The notes below the pieces were generated by a model, which did no database searches, was not told the origin of the DNA, and saw nothing but the letters and a program-made list of their open reading frames with translations. A DNA stretch of 63,725 bases, the filler included, from Octopus bimaculoides (Eukaryota): the NCBI RefSeq assembly GCF_001194135.2. It is 6 parts of 5 records of this genome, joined end to end, with 100 filler letters (N's around TTAATTAATTAA, not from the genome) between each part and the next. Parts side by side here need not be neighbours in the genome. Positions count along the whole stretch, not along the records: positions 1 to 26,209 come from NC_068981.1; 5 more parts are not named here. One strand, written 5' to 3'. This document shows, one piece after another, positions 1 through 14,182 of the stretch; within the stretch, counting starts at the first letter, position 1; each line of letters starts with the position of its first letter. The position numbers and the translations under genes are program-made.

Positions 1-36
<36 letters not shown>

Positions 37-39
37 GAC

Positions 40-365
40 GACTCTATTTGATCCCATGAACGTGAACAGCCTGCTCGTGGAATTGACGTGAAAGTGGCTG
101 TGCAGTCCCCAGATAGGTGTACACTTTATATATATTTCTCAGAGAGATTCAGCTTGACACAGAGTGTGACAAGTCTGGCCCTTTTGAAATACAAGAACAA
201 CGCATTTTTGCCAGCTGAGTGGATTGGAGCAACGGGAAATAAAGTGCCTTTCTCAAGAACACAACGTATCACCGGGATTTGAACTCATGTCCTTAGGATC
301 GTTAGCCTAATACCCTAAATTCTAAGCTAGCCTAATACCCTAACTTCTAAGCCACGCGTCTTCAT
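40..365 (-). mobile_element. tRNA-derived SINE, degenerate, with a small internal tandem duplication (tagcctaataccctaa x2)
   Basis: tRNA-like head at the right end. The block gaaataaagtgcctttctcaagaacacaac recurs at ~59500 and the tail aacagcctgctcgtg recurs at ~11345. Confidence 0.7.
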
Positions 366-1166
366 TCTGTGGGTGTGCATGAATTATAAATACATCTTCA
401 TGAATCTGAGTTTAAATAACACATCGGTCCGTCTGAAAAAGAAAGAAAGATTGAAAGAAAAATACTGGTATTACCTGTTCGTCACCGGTTCAGGTTCAAT
501 TGTCTATTTTGTCACCGGTTCAGACTACATTTGTCTACAGAGAGAAACATCAGCTTATAACTTATTAATGCAAACCACAAACAAGCAATGATTGACGGGC
601 ATTAATTTTCCTTCTTTATATTTCAGAAGATTCAGTCTCATTTGAATATCGTTCATTTGCGTATCCCTAATGGCGATTCATTTTAATTGACAAAACGTGT
701 GATTAGGTAGGCTTGTTGATGCATTTAAAATAAATTTGAATTTCGACGCGAGCATTTAGTTCTTCTGCGCCAAACTATGACGTTGCTTAACCCTTGGGGG
801 CTAAATGAACCAGAAACGAACAACTCGATTTCTTTTGTTTGGTTATTGTTTGCATATCATAGGTGTTCATTTTGTTTGTTTAACGTAGTTACAGTAGATT
901 AGAAATAATTACGATAAATTTGCTGGTATGCCAACGAGTAGAAGCAGTACGTAATACACATCGCATTTTTAGCAGTAGTTTTAAGTTACTCTCTCTTACA
1001 CCATCCTTTTCTAAATCTCACTCACCCTCTATCACTTTCTGTAAACCAAAAGACGTAAACATTTGTGATGCGTCACTACTGTCCATGAATGACCCCTGAT
1101 GACCAGGCGAAACTATAGAAGAAAGAGTAGTTTTTGTTTTTTATTATCCACTGGATTTGTTTGTGT

Positions 1167-1452
1167 GGAGGCGCAATGGCCCAGTGCAGCGGACTCGCGG
1201 TCGGAACATCGCGGTTTCGATTCCCAGACCGGGCGTTGTGTGTGTTTATTGAGCGAAAACACCTAAAAGGTCCACGAGGCTCCGGCAGGGGGTGGTGGCG
1301 ACCCCTGTTGTACTCTTTCTCTCACTCTTTCTTCCTGTTTATTGAGTAACGCTGCGATGGACTGGCGTCCCGTCCAGCTGGGGGGAACACATACGCCATA
1401 GAAACCGGGAAACCGGGCCCATGAGCCTGGCTAGGCTTTAAAAGGGCGACAA
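1167..1452 (+). mobile_element. tRNA-derived SINE (family 1 head, different 3' tail)
   Basis: Head ggaggcgcaatggcccagtg...gtttcgattcccagaccggg is shared with the copies at 21180 and 11291-11676. Confidence 0.75.
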
Positions 1453-2389
1453 AAAAAAAGGGTCTGTTTGTACAGGAAGCTAAATTCATGTTTATTACAT
1501 AGAAGAAATTAAATGTATGCATAGTTTCTTTTTTTTTTTTTTTCTACGCACAAGCTCTCTCGGATCTTTAAGTGTTTAATACTAATATACTTGAGGGAAA
1601 AAAGTTAGTTCTAAACTACTGTGTCTACGTCTTTTCCAGTTTTCCGTTGTATTGTTTAATAGCGCTATATCCACGCTTTCCATCTTACTACTACTCTAAG
1701 GATACTTCAGTCAGTTTCGATAGTTCTACGCCACGGAAGCTATCCATAAAAAAAACTTAAAGAGGAGCTCATTTCCATGTTTCGCGGGCCAAAAGAAATT
1801 CCCATAGAACAACAACTATTTCCTAACACTCTTCAAAATTGTATATATATCAAAGTCTGTCATAATGTTATTTTCTATCATAGATATTTCGTTTTAATCA
1901 ACCTGATATTTAATTAGCAACGTTCGTTTCTAGTGTATTCATTTTTCTTTCAGATCGTATCCTTATTAATTTTTCACTTTTACTAGAGAGTGATCGAATC
2001 TGTCTCAAATCGCGATGGTTTTTGGTTTGTGACAAGTTTCGCTTCATTTTCAAACTAAATTTACTACATGTACATAAAAACACACTGCTTTGTCGAAGAA
2101 ACAAACCTACTTCATGCATCGAAACAGACTCGCCGTCTTTGTAATAAAACGATTGGTCGATTCATCCATTAGTGTTGCAACCATATTGTGTGTATATGTG
2201 CTAATCAAGTGTTACCCTTATTTAAAACTCCCTGTTCAAAGTGTTCTTTGGATGTCTATGGTGACGTGGCATCGACAATGCAGGCATGAAGTTGTATACT
2301 GCTTACAAAACCTAAAATTTATTTGCAGGAATTCTTTTTGCTTTTGTTGTAGGGGAATGCTAGAATTTTAAGAATTCTAACGATACCAG

Positions 2390-2500
2390 GTGCAGGTGTG
2401 GGTGTGTAGTAAGAAAACTGCTTCCCAACCACATGGTTCCAGGTTCAGTTCCACTGCGTGACACCTTGACTAAGTTACTTCTACTTTCTCAGCCTAGAGC
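2390..2500 (+). mobile_element. SINE family 2, 5' fragment
   Basis: cttcccaaccacatggttccaggttcagttccactgcgtgacaccttg matches the copies at 49540, 59960 and 62555. Confidence 0.7.
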
Positions 2501-3104
2501 ATATAAAGCACTGTTGTAATGGCAGTCATGATTAAGCTGAGATTTCAAGGAAGTGATTGGCTTACATGTTACTTGATGGAGAATTACTTTAGTGATCTTT
2601 CCTTCTTTGGATTTCGCTCTAATATCAGCCTGTGTCACAAGATATTGACTTAACTCTGTAAATCAAGGCATTTAACATTGACACAGGAGAAGCATACTAG
2701 CTACATGCATACAAAATCCCGGGCACACACGCATACACACCCATATATGTGTATATACATACGCATGAATGTATGTATGTATGTATGTATATATGTATTC
2801 ATGCATGTATGTATGTATGCATGCATGTATGTATGTATGTATGTATGTATGCATGCATGTATGTATGTATTTATGTATGTATGTATGTGCGTGAAACGGG
2901 TGTTTAATATTTCTATAGTTATCTCCGTAAAACCGTAAATAATGTCCGGCCTATTAGAGTTCTTTGGTTATATGGTGCGTTTACTGCCTATTCTGATCCA
3001 CTAAAATTATCAACTTTTAGTGGATCATAAACCAAGACCATATGAGAATGGTGTGTTGGTCGCATTCATATTGGTACACGTATGTACGCAAATACACGAT
3101 ATGT

Positions 3105-3570
3105 TGGTTTCAAATTTTGACACGTGGCCAGCAATTTCTAGCGATGAAGTAAGTCGATTATATCGACCCCAGTTCTCAACTGGTACTTATTTTATCGACC
3201 AAGAAAGGATGAAAGGCAAAGTCGACTTCGACAGAATCTGATCTCAGAAGGTGAAGACGGGCGAAATGCCACTGAGTATTTAACCCCACCCCCACCCCCA
3301 CCCACCGCGAGCTAAGGAATTTGCTGGCTCGCCGCCTTAAATATTCCATATATTAGTTATAAATTTTGGCATAAGACCAAGAAGTTCGGAGAAGGAGTAA
3401 TTCGATTACATCAACCCCAGTTCTTAACTGGTTTTTAGTTTATCGATACCGAAAGAATTAAAGATAGAGTCAAATTCAGGGGAATTTGAAGTCAGGACGT
3501 GAAGATGGAGAAAAAGCAGCTAAACATTTTCCCCGGCGTGCTTACGACCCTGCCAACTTACCACCTTAAA
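3105..3570 (-). mobile_element. Two tandem copies of SINE family 3
   Basis: The block tcgattacatcgaccccag...actggtacttattttatcgac...gaaaggatgaaaggcaaagtcgac occurs twice here and recurs many times in the window. Confidence 0.75.
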
Positions 3571-4129
3571 ATACTGGATAGATTAAAAACAGTTCTGTCT
3601 ACTGTCCAAAGCAAAGATTCATACTGTGTCATAATTACTAGGTCACTGCTGCGTTGCGTTGACACCCTCATTGTCGATGCAAAACTAACAAACCATTTAT
3701 TTCTGAGATCATACTTCGAACATTCCTACAAATCCAAATATTACCGACTGCAATCGAGCCTAGAATTGGCAATTATTTATGAATGTAAGCATGGAGAGGA
3801 AGATAAAGATCTTGATGTCTAATCTATTTTCAAAGGTAATAATCATTTCTATTTCGAAGTAAGAGTGAATGTCACCATAGAAAAACACATAAACTTTTTG
3901 ACCTTATTTGAATGCGCCTTTGTATGAAGACATACATGCATACATAAATAAATAAATGTGTGTGTGTGTGTGTTTATGTGCGTATGTCTGTGTGTGTGTA
4001 CAGAGAGAGAGACAGATAGATAGATACATACATACAAACATGCATACGTGCATACATACACAGATGTACATATATATAAAAGTATATAGGTATGTATATA
4101 TGCATATATACATATATATATTTACATAA

Positions 4130-4178
<49 letters not shown>

Positions 4179-4185
4179 CTCGTTT

Positions 4186-4565
4186 ACTCATTTACTTGTT
4201 TCAGTCTTTTGACTGTGGCCATGCTGGAGCACCGCCTTTAGTCGAGCAAATCGACCCCAGGACTTATTCTTTAGAAGCCTAGTACTTATTCTATCGGTCT
4301 CTTTTNNNNNNNNNNNNNNNNNNNNNNNNNNNNNNNNNNNNNNNNNNNNNNNNNNNNNNNNNNNNNNNNNNNNNNNNNNNNNNNNNNNNNNNNNNNNNNN
4401 NNNNNNNNNNNNNNNNNNNCTTCTTTCAGTTTCCGTCTACCAAATCCACTCACAAAGCTTTGGTCGGCCCGAGGCTATAGTAGAAGACACTTGCCCAAGA
4501 TGCCACGCAGTGGGACTGAACCCGGGACCATGTGGTTGGTAAGCAAGCTACTTACCACACAGCCA
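4186..4565 (-). mobile_element. SINE family 2, interrupted by an assembly gap
   Basis: tttgactgtggccatgctggagcaccgcctttagtcgagcaaatcgaccccagg...; nearly identical to 57925-58345. Confidence 0.85.
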
Positions 4566-4754
4566 CACATTATACATACATATATACATTACGTACATAT
4601 ATACATACACAGACTCATACGCATAAATATTAACATACGCACACACACACACATACATAATACATACACACACACACACACACACATACATACATACATA
4701 CATACACAGAAATTTATTTATTTATACACACACAGAAATATACTGAAACACACA

Positions 4755-4810
4755 CAAGAAAATATTTTAGTTATAAGGATACTTTGAAGTTTCGGTTGTA
4801 TAGCAGAAAG
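4755..4810 (-). repeat. Degenerate copy of the Penelope-type hammerhead-like repeat (family B)
   Basis: The minus strand reads ...caaccGAAActtcaaaGTA..., homologous to 40506-40552 and 55777-55811. Confidence 0.4.
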
Positions 4811-5555
4811 CCTACTCTACAAAGAGTAAATGTATAAGCGTATGTTGTACAAGGTGCAAGTAACTCAAAGGAATATAGAACTCAATATACAATTGACTAA
4901 TAATTAGTCACTGCTTCACTGACTAACATTTTTCTTATCGGGTAGTCTTGTGTTTTGGGGTGTGCATTTTCTTAGTTGAGGAAACTTAGCTGCAAACTTG
5001 AAACCAATCTGGCAGCTGCTTGACAGAGCACATAAATTCAAAGCAACCGTTGTGAAACGTAATATATGCTTAAAATAAATTTCAAACTCAAACGGATAAG
5101 AAAAATCATTTCGAGAGTTCTTCAGAATTTTAATCCCAGTTCATATCTTGCCATACAGAAACTGTATATTGAATGCGTCAGGTATCAATATTCAAACTAA
5201 TGTAATGGAAGTATTTGAAAGGATGATTCCTTGAAAGGTTGATATTTATGCATTTAAATATTCTCATCATTCGGGTGTACCTGCTTAGTGTGCAATACAT
5301 TGAATGTAATCACACGTTGAGCTAAATCTGTCCATATATGTTTACTTCAATCTATAGCCATTTCACAAAATAATTTCTGTGCATAGTAAATTCTAAGCAG
5401 AACTATTCACTCAAACATATCTTTTATTTGACTCACTGCGTAAGAACGTAAGAAATCAAATTATTAGCGGTCTCAAACACATAGTCATATCCTATATATA
5501 GTTATATATTTGCACAAATATAGATTTACATGCATACATACACACATACATATAT

Positions 5556-5600
<45 letters not shown>

Positions 5601-5874
5601 CTTGCGTATACGCGTGTGCTGTATATATGATTGCGTGTCTCTGTGTGTGTCTGCATAAGTATCTGTGTGTATGTGTGTATATGTGTGTGTATATGTGTGT
5701 GCGCGCGCGTAACTTGGCATACAGAATGGTATTAGTTGATACTAAAACAGTGGTCCTCAGTCAGGTTCAGTATGACCCTTGGGATTCCTTATAAGATTTT
5801 TTTGTTAAAAGTTATGTGCAATAAACAGGTTATATTTCTACAATATACAAAATATTTTTTACAGTTGTTTATAC

Positions 5875-6025
5875 ACGCGTGGCTGTGTGACTTCCCAAGA
5901 ACATGCTTCCTGATTCAGTCCCACTTCGTGACACCTTGAGCAGATGTCTTCTACTATAGCCTCGAGCCGATCGAAGTCTTATGAGTGGATTTGGTAGACG
6001 AAAATGAAGATGCCCGTCTTCTACA
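5875..6025 (+). mobile_element. SINE family 2, 5' fragment
   Basis: ggctgtgtga...cagtcccacttcgtgacaccttgagcagatgtcttctactatagcctcg. Confidence 0.7.
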
Positions 6026-6039
6026 TATATGAGTGTATT

Positions 6040-6440
6040 TTATAAGCATAAAGCTTATAGCAATCACCGCACAAAGACTAAGGAAAATAGTCTAATAATG
6101 GGGCATATAACCACTCGACAGGAAAAGTAGGTTTTCCCGTACGTGTGGAACTCGATCCCACATCCCTTTGTCTACGCAACAATGTTACCGATTACCCCCG
6201 TGATTTGACCTGCTTTTTCCTGTCAGATTTAAGAACTATATTAGTTCATAGTTCTTTTTGTAGACAAACTTTCATGTGCTTTCACTGCGAATGGCTTTGT
6301 TACGCAGTGTCGAGTTTTACAATTCTGTAAATAATAATAATACTATTTTATAAGCCTATAATGATCACGCGCAATGGCTAAGAAAATTAGTCTAATAATG
6401 GGGCATATAAGCCCTCGACAAAAGAGTAGTTTCCCGTATA
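6040..6440. repeat. Imperfect ~100-bp direct repeat pair (~6040-6142 and ~6345-6440)
   Basis: Both copies contain tagtctaataatggggcatataa...ctcgaca...agtag...tttcccgta. Confidence 0.75.
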
Positions 6441-7133
6441 TATATATATATATATATATACTTTATCAATAAAGCTGCAAAGACATTACAAAGCCTGCTA
6501 CTCAGAGATCCACCTTCCCGTTCGTCGGACAGTTTTGGTTCACGGGAACGTAAATCTCTAACTAGCAGTTTTTGTGATGCCTTTGCATCTTTATTTATAA
6601 AGTATATTACTCTACCTCCGGTATTCGAGTACTATTTTTCCCACCTTATTTCACACTTATGGGCTTACTCTGGTATATTTGTGTGTGTGTGTATACCTAT
6701 GAGTGTGTGTTTTTGTCCCTGATAACCGGTGCTGGTGTGTTTACGTCCCCGTAACTTGGTAGTTCCGTGAAAGACAGCGATAGAGTAAGTACTAGGCTTA
6801 AAAAATAAGTCTGCAGCATTTGACGGAGAATTTCCGCCATCTAACAAGTAGGGTCAAATTTTATCAATCAGCACAAGATTAAGTTTGCCTTTTGGACAAG
6901 CAGGAATCTAAGCCAAATTATTTACAGCCTACAATTTTCAGAGAATTAGATAATCTTCTAGTAGGAACCGAGAAAACACAAGAAATAAAACTAATATTAC
7001 ACTAGTCTACAAAGTTTTTAAGTGTTTACGAAATAGACATCATTCCTATACAAAATCGGTCTCCTGAATCCAAATACGACCTTCTTTTGACCTATCAGAT
7101 CTAGATTTTAAGTAATTGAACATCCCTAATGTC

Positions 7134-7201
<68 letters not shown>

Positions 7202-7303
7202 CGTCTAGTACGAAGTGTTCGTTACATTATTCTAATTCTAAGGATTTTCATTTTCTATACCTTTTAGATATTGTGTTGAACTAAGCAATAGAAGACGAGC
7301 AAG

Positions 7304-8935
7304 ATGTCGTCTTCAAGAAAGTGTTGCGTTAATTCTCCAAATGTGTTTTGTTATGTTTGTGAGGAATACACATTACCTGAAAATCAAAAAATTATCACTG
7401 ATTTTGTTGAAAGATCATATATGGCATATTTTGGGGTCAAGCTGAGAGACCAAGATAAATATTGGGCACCGCATAATGTTTGAAAACAGTGTACAGGACA
7501 TTTACGACAATAGACTAAAGGGACAAGGGAAAGTATGAGATTTGCTATACCAATGGTATGGCGGGAGCCCTATAATCACGTGGACGACTGCTATTTTTAT
7601 AACCTAAATTTGAAAGGTATTAACCGGAAAAATTAATAAACGCTTGTGTATCCTAATCTTGTCTCTGCTTTTAAACCGGTTCCACACAGTGAAGAGCTTC
7701 CTGTTCCTGTCTTCAATGTCTTGCCTCAGATAACTTTACCCTCAACCAAAGAAGATTCAGCACCTGAAGATGACACAAGAGATCAATGCTTTTCAGTTGA
7801 GACTTTACCTCTCAGATAGAGCTGAATGGTCTAGCTCGTGACTTGAACCTCCCAAAACATTCTGCAGAACTGTTGGTTTCCCGACTGAAAGAGAAGAATC
7901 TTCTAGAGAATGGTGTCCGCACAACTTTTTATCGGAGTCGGCATGAAGAGTTCCTTTCTTCACAAAAGAGGAAGAGCTGGTTTACTGCAGAGATGTCAGT
8001 GGGCTTCTTAATAAACTTGGCATTGAGGAATACAAACCCGAGAAACGGCGTCTTTTCATAGACAGCTCTAAGCGTAGTTTAAAATGTGTATTATTGCACA
8101 ACAGAAATGTGTTTGGCTCTGTCCCACTCGGCCAATCAATAACGGTCAAGGAAAATACGAAGAAATTAAGTTGCTTTTAGAGAAGATACTGTATCATGAT
8201 CATAAATTGGTCATCTGCGTTGACTTAAAGATGGTGAATTTTCTCATGCGACAGCAATCTGGTTATACCAAATACCCATGCTTTCTTTGCATGTGGGACA
8301 GCGGAGACCGAGTAAACCCCTATGTTAAGAAAGACTGGCCGTCTTGAACAAATATGGCTCCATATAGAGCTGCCAATATATTGGAAGAACCTTTAGTTGT
8401 GCGAGATAAGATCATTTTTTCCCCTTTGTACATTAAACTCAGATTGATCAAGCAATTCGTCCAAAAATGTGGACGAAAATTAACAAAAATGTGGAGTGCT
8501 TCAAGTATATCTTCAGTGTATTTCCGAACTTGACGATTGAAAAACCTAAAGCAGGGATTTTGATGGACCACAGATCCGAAAGCTCTTGAAGACGATGAGC
8601 GAAAATGAAGCACCAGTTTTGTTAGCCTTTGCAGAAGTAGAGCAAAATTTCCTTGGGAAACACAAAAATGAAAACTATAAAGATCTTGTTACCAACATGA
8701 TATCCACTGTTCGTGATATTGGCGCGAATATGAGCATCAAAATGCATTATCTTTTTTATCTGAAATCTCGGAGATGTTAGCGATGAACAAGGCGAACGGT
8801 TCCATCAGGACATCAAGGAAATGGAAATTCGGTACCAAGGATACTGTGATGAGGGCAAATTATTGCTGGTGCTTAAAACGAGATACTCTTGTTGCTCAAC
8901 ATTTACGGTGCACACAGAAGCGTAAATTTTTTACT
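7304..8935 (+). pseudogene. Decayed DNA-transposon transposase, Chapaev3-like (CMC group)
   Basis: Translation across stops and frameshifts gives MSSSRKCCVNSPNVFCYVC..WAPH..FAIPMVWREPYNHVDDCYF; LPKHSAELLVSRLKEKNLL; VICVDLKMVNFL..QQSGYTKYPCFLCMWDS; IKLRLIKQFV; MSIKMHYL; DEQGERFHQDIKEMEIRYQG..NYCW. Confidence 0.8.
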
Positions 8936-9203
8936 TGAATTTTCTGCCAGAAATGTTTGCCAACGTGCATTTTCAATTTTGAATTTTTATTTATACTTTG
9001 TTTTACTTTGTGTTACGCTCTCTTTATTGATTCATATTATATGCCACTTGTATGAGTAAAATACTTATTCTATCAGGCCTATTCAGAAAACTAAACCTGA
9101 TAGAGAAAGACTGATGTTATTTTTGAATTTCCAGGCAAAATCACTTAACAATTCGTTGAAATATTCCAGTTACGAGACAAAAAAAAACATTTGTTGCCCA
9201 GTG
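7304..9203 (+). mobile_element. Chapaev3-like element; right terminus ...ttgttgcccagtg at 9203, left terminus not located
   Basis: The right end reads CACTGGG on the minus strand and is followed by TTA, consistent with CACTG termini and a 3-bp TWA target duplication. Superfamily label is from recall. Confidence 0.6.
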
Positions 9204-11063
9204 TTATCAATAGTAATATGACTGGAAATATTAATAACTCCTCAGATAAATGGGTACATAATATAAATGATCCTAACAGGATAGCTAGTATGCTTGGCTA
9301 GCAGTAGTGGTTAAAACAAAAGAAAACTTGCAGAAAGAAGATATTGTAGGGGAGGCAGCTGAGCTCAAACCACATTCATTGGAATTAAATGAGAGTGAGA
9401 TGAGAGAGAAACACAGAGAGAAAGAGTTAGATACATACAAACATACATACATTAGTTATAGGATTCATTAGAATCCAGTCACGTGAATATGTAGAACGCC
9501 AGAGAAAGCTAAATACAATATTCGCAGTCAGGTAAAACAATTATGTAGGAACCATGTGTTGATAGGCTACTGTAGATATGCAAGCACCAAATTCACTTTA
9601 AAACTTAGATCCGACTCAGGGATTTTCCAGCTGTGTGGGTGGGTATAAAAAATGGAATTTACTTATCCCATATGCTGGGTAGATCCGTCATCATCAAGGT
9701 GTTGTCTCACATGTTGATATGTCTTTAAAATTTTGGCTGAAGATGATGGATGATACGCTACGATGTAATCTATGATTACATCAATTAAATGCTCCCTAAA
9801 CAGATATCGTACACACACATAGACACACACACAAACACATACATAAACATTCACGCACATATATAGATATATATATATATACGCGCGTGTGGGGTGTATA
9901 AACACACGCACACATACACACACACGCACATACACACACACATACACACACACGCACAGACACACACACACACACACACACATACTCATACATACATACA
10001 TGTATTGTAAGGAAATTTAGCTCAGGCAGAAATCTAGTAAAACAATCGCCACTTCAAAATTTAATTTGCCTCATCTGTTTCCTTGTAATGGAATGGACAC
10101 TTCGATGGCTTTTATATGCATGGATCTAAGCAAAAGCAAATAAGTATGAACCACGAATTAGCGAGAAGCAATAGATATCGAATTCTATATAAAGATAGGT
10201 TTGTATTTAACATATGAAGAAAAAAAGTGAAACAATTGTTTGCATCATGTTACAAAAGCCGTGCACGAAGTAGATCACAAACATTGAAACTATTCAACTT
10301 AGTTATCAGTTGAAGTATACGAGAAAAGAAGATATCGAGACGAATGTTTAATAATCATTATAGCCTCGAGTATTCTATTATCTGAGATTTCTTTACAGAT
10401 CACCTTTCATGAATGCTGGTCTGTTATTCTCAAATGAGAAGGTTGTCATTTAGATTTTATTGGAATGTACGGTAGTGGTGTTGAAAGTATGTGAAGGTAT
10501 TATACTGAAATTATATATTCTACAAGTGAAACCGAATATTCTGATAAGATCCTGTCAAATATTGTCCTCATTAAATCGTATTTTTTGTTCAACATGTTTT
10601 TAAATAGGGTCAATTCTATTCAGGATAATTCTTTAAATATATCGATATTGCGGTTGAAATATGTTTATAACAGTTTTCAAGTGACTCTTTAGAGCGCTGA
10701 AGTGGCGAAATAACAGCGGTTTTACAGTTAATTTTATTTTGAGTAGCTGTAATCGACTAATATTACTTCAGCATTTTAATGAAACTGTTTTAATTATGCA
10801 TGGACATACATACATACATACATACATACATACATACATACATACATAATGTATGTGTATGTGTGTGTGTGTGTGTGGTGCGCCTATGTGTGTATTTGTG
10901 TGGGTGCGTGCATGACTGTTAATATATTGGAATATAAAAGAACAAGTGGAACTACATAGCAAAATAAAGGAACTCATTTCTATTCTGTAAGAAGCAAGTT
11001 GAAATTTAGTTTATTTCGCGTATGAATATTTGCTAACCTAATCGAGAAGATAAAATATATATC

Positions 11064-11290
11064 ATATAAGTCACCCCTGGAGCAGCCATGGGCTAACTGT
11101 AGCCTGCGGTACTTTCTGAATGGCACGTCTAATGACATATTACCTGCAATTTTCTTATTAATGCGGCCCGACTAGTGATGAACCATGTTTCATGTGGCCC
11201 GCTTCTCGAAGATGGTTTTACCTGCCTACTCTATGAACAAAATTCAGCAAGATTATTGAGTAGTAAATTATTGAAGAATCTAAATAGAGT
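11064..11290. repeat. Local duplication, copy 1 (paralogous to ~14850-15110)
   Basis: ~220 bp at roughly 90% identity by eye: ggagcagccatg...gaacaaaattcagca.gattattgagtagtaaatta. Confidence 0.9.
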
Positions 11291-11676
11291 GGTTGGCACT
11301 CCTTCGGTTACGACGTCGAGGGTTCCAGTTGATCCGATCAACGGAACAGCCTGCTCACGAAATTAACGTGCAAGTTGCTGAGCACTCCACAAACACGTGT
11401 ACCCTTAAAGTAGTTCTCGGGAGATTCAGCGTGACACAGAGTGTGACAAGGCTGGCCCTTTGAAATACAGGTACAACAGAAACAGGAAGAAAGAGTGAGA
11501 GAAAGTTGAGGTGAAAGAGTACAGTAGGGTTCGCCACCATTCTCTGCTGAAGACTCGTGGAACTTTTAAGTGTTTTCGCTCAATAAACACTCACAACGCC
11601 CAGTCTGGGAATCGAAGCCACAATCCTACGACCGCGTGTCCGCTGCCCTAACCCCTGGGCCATTGTGCCTCCACCC
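11291..11676 (-). mobile_element. Full-length SINE family 1 with a 9-bp target-site duplication AAATAGAGT
   Basis: TSD at 11282-11290 and 11677-11685; tRNA-like head at the right end; homologous to 21180-21551. Confidence 0.9.
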
Positions 11677-13612
11677 AAATAGAGTAGACAAGGACGATAT
11701 ATGTTATAATTGTGTTTAGTGTCAAAGTTGACAAAATGCGTGCGGGCGGCAGATGCAAACGGATAAAAATCCGAGTAAAAGTTAATTCATAGTTATTATG
11801 ACCCAGTCTTTAATTCCAGTAAAAGTAAGAGCTATTTTTATATGAATTTAGTACGAAAAAAATATTTTGTAATTATTTATAGAGTAAGCTAAAGAGCTAC
11901 TATTACACTTTTATGAACAATGATATTAACGTTACTAGTATGAATGTGAGGAAAATATTGTGTGTGCGTGCGTGTGTGTGGGTGTGGGTGTGTGCGTGTG
12001 GGTGTGGGTGGGTTTGTGGGTGGGTGTGTGTGTGTGTGAAAGAGAGAGAGAAGGAGAGAGTATTTTACGTACCCCTACATAGTTACTTGCATAAGCATAC
12101 ATTGACATTTATGACTGGTGAATTGAAAGAGAATAAATGCTTTATTGTTAACCAAGCATCAATCAGTAATTATTAATTAATTAATTAGCTATCAAAACTC
12201 AGCGTTCATTAGCTAATAAGCGTGTGAAAGAAATGAAAAGGTTAATATGAAATTGTCTGAAATACAAGACTTCATCTATTGTCAGAATCAAACTATGAAC
12301 CGGGTGTAGGTCAATGATCCTGAATTGTATCATTAACAAGGAAATTACAATAGCTAAAATTATATTAAATATCATAGAAGCATTGCATAAAATCATACGT
12401 ATATACATGAATATATATCATATCAATATGTGAATTTTAAAATACGCATGCACGTAAATAAGAACTATATAAAATGAAACAAAATACACACACGTAGTAT
12501 GCTCATGGAAATAAAAATGCCGAGACGCGTATGTACTCACGTGCAATTGTACATGTGTAGACATGTACAAATGTCTATAGAGTAACAGCTTCACATACAC
12601 GCGCGTGCGTAAGTATATATATCGTTGCTAATATGTACAAGTGTCGTAAGTCCAAAACGTTGCTTTTTCAGAAAACTAAAAAATAGTTTCACCATTCCAT
12701 AGCCAAACCCGTTGTACTACACATCGAAAATTTTTTGGTATCTTGGCATCTGAAGCAGCTGGGATGCGATAGCTTGACCAAAAGGACCGGCTATTGCAAG
12801 TGAAAATAAATATTGAAAAGTATGCATTTAGATATACGACGGTTTAACATAATAGTATATGTCTGTGCGCGTATAACTGTGTCTACATACACACATATAT
12901 ACATACATGGATGCATTCATTCATATATATATACATACATAAATGCATACATTAATACATAGATACATACATATAGACTAACATGCTACACATACACGTG
13001 CGTGCGTAAGTATATATGTATATGTGTGTGCGCGTGTATCTGTGTCTACATGCATCTGTACATGCATAAATGCTTACATGCATGCATTCATACATACATA
13101 CATACATACATACATACATACATACATACATGCATCCATCCCTCCATCTATACATACATACACACACAGAGGAAAATAGACTCAGGAATATCACCGACAC
13201 GTGATAACCGATGCAGACTTAGTGACATTAACATCGAGGGTATCAACCGACAACATCGTGTTATTATCTACCAATGAGTTATGACGTTGAGGACAAGTCG
13301 AAAGATAATGCTGAAAACAATGATATAAGACCCCACAGTACTCGTTGAATATCGCCATGATATGCTTCAGGTTGTCTCAAGTCACTGTGTGTATGCACAG
13401 ATGTTTGTATTCGGATACATCTCTCAACGAGGAGTTCGACTTCAGTAAATATTGATATTTATACTTCTACTATTCATAATTTCTATGAAATGTATTGACA
13501 TGCACAAAAAGGTTAGAAAAGAAAGACAAAAGTGCTTCGCATCCTCTATACGAGAGCATCTGGAAACAATTGATAAGAAACAAAACGTATATATTTCTCG
13601 TATATTGATTCT

Positions 13613-13688
<76 letters not shown>

Positions 13689-14074
13689 ATGTGTAAATGC
13701 TTAGGAATGAAGTAATGTAAGAGAGAAAGTAGGAACGCTAGGGAGGAGGAAGGAAAGAAAGGAAAGAATTGAAGACAACGACAAAAAATAGTCGCATGAG
13801 TTAGAGGAAAAAATGAAGGCGGGAGTAAAACTGAAGGTTAAAGCATGGAATACAAAAAATAAAAGGAGTGACGAAGTAGAACCGAAAAACTTCAACTTAA
13901 ACCTTTCACTGCCATGATTCCAAGCTTGAATATGACACGGTGTTCTTTACGCTTTCTTGAATGTGCGATCTACGACATGCATCTCTGAACAGTATTGTTC
14001 TGCGCGCTCAGTGAAGCGTAAATATTAATATACCCGTATGTATCGGTTTGAATACGCGAATACACAGAAACACG

Positions 14075-14182
<108 letters not shown>

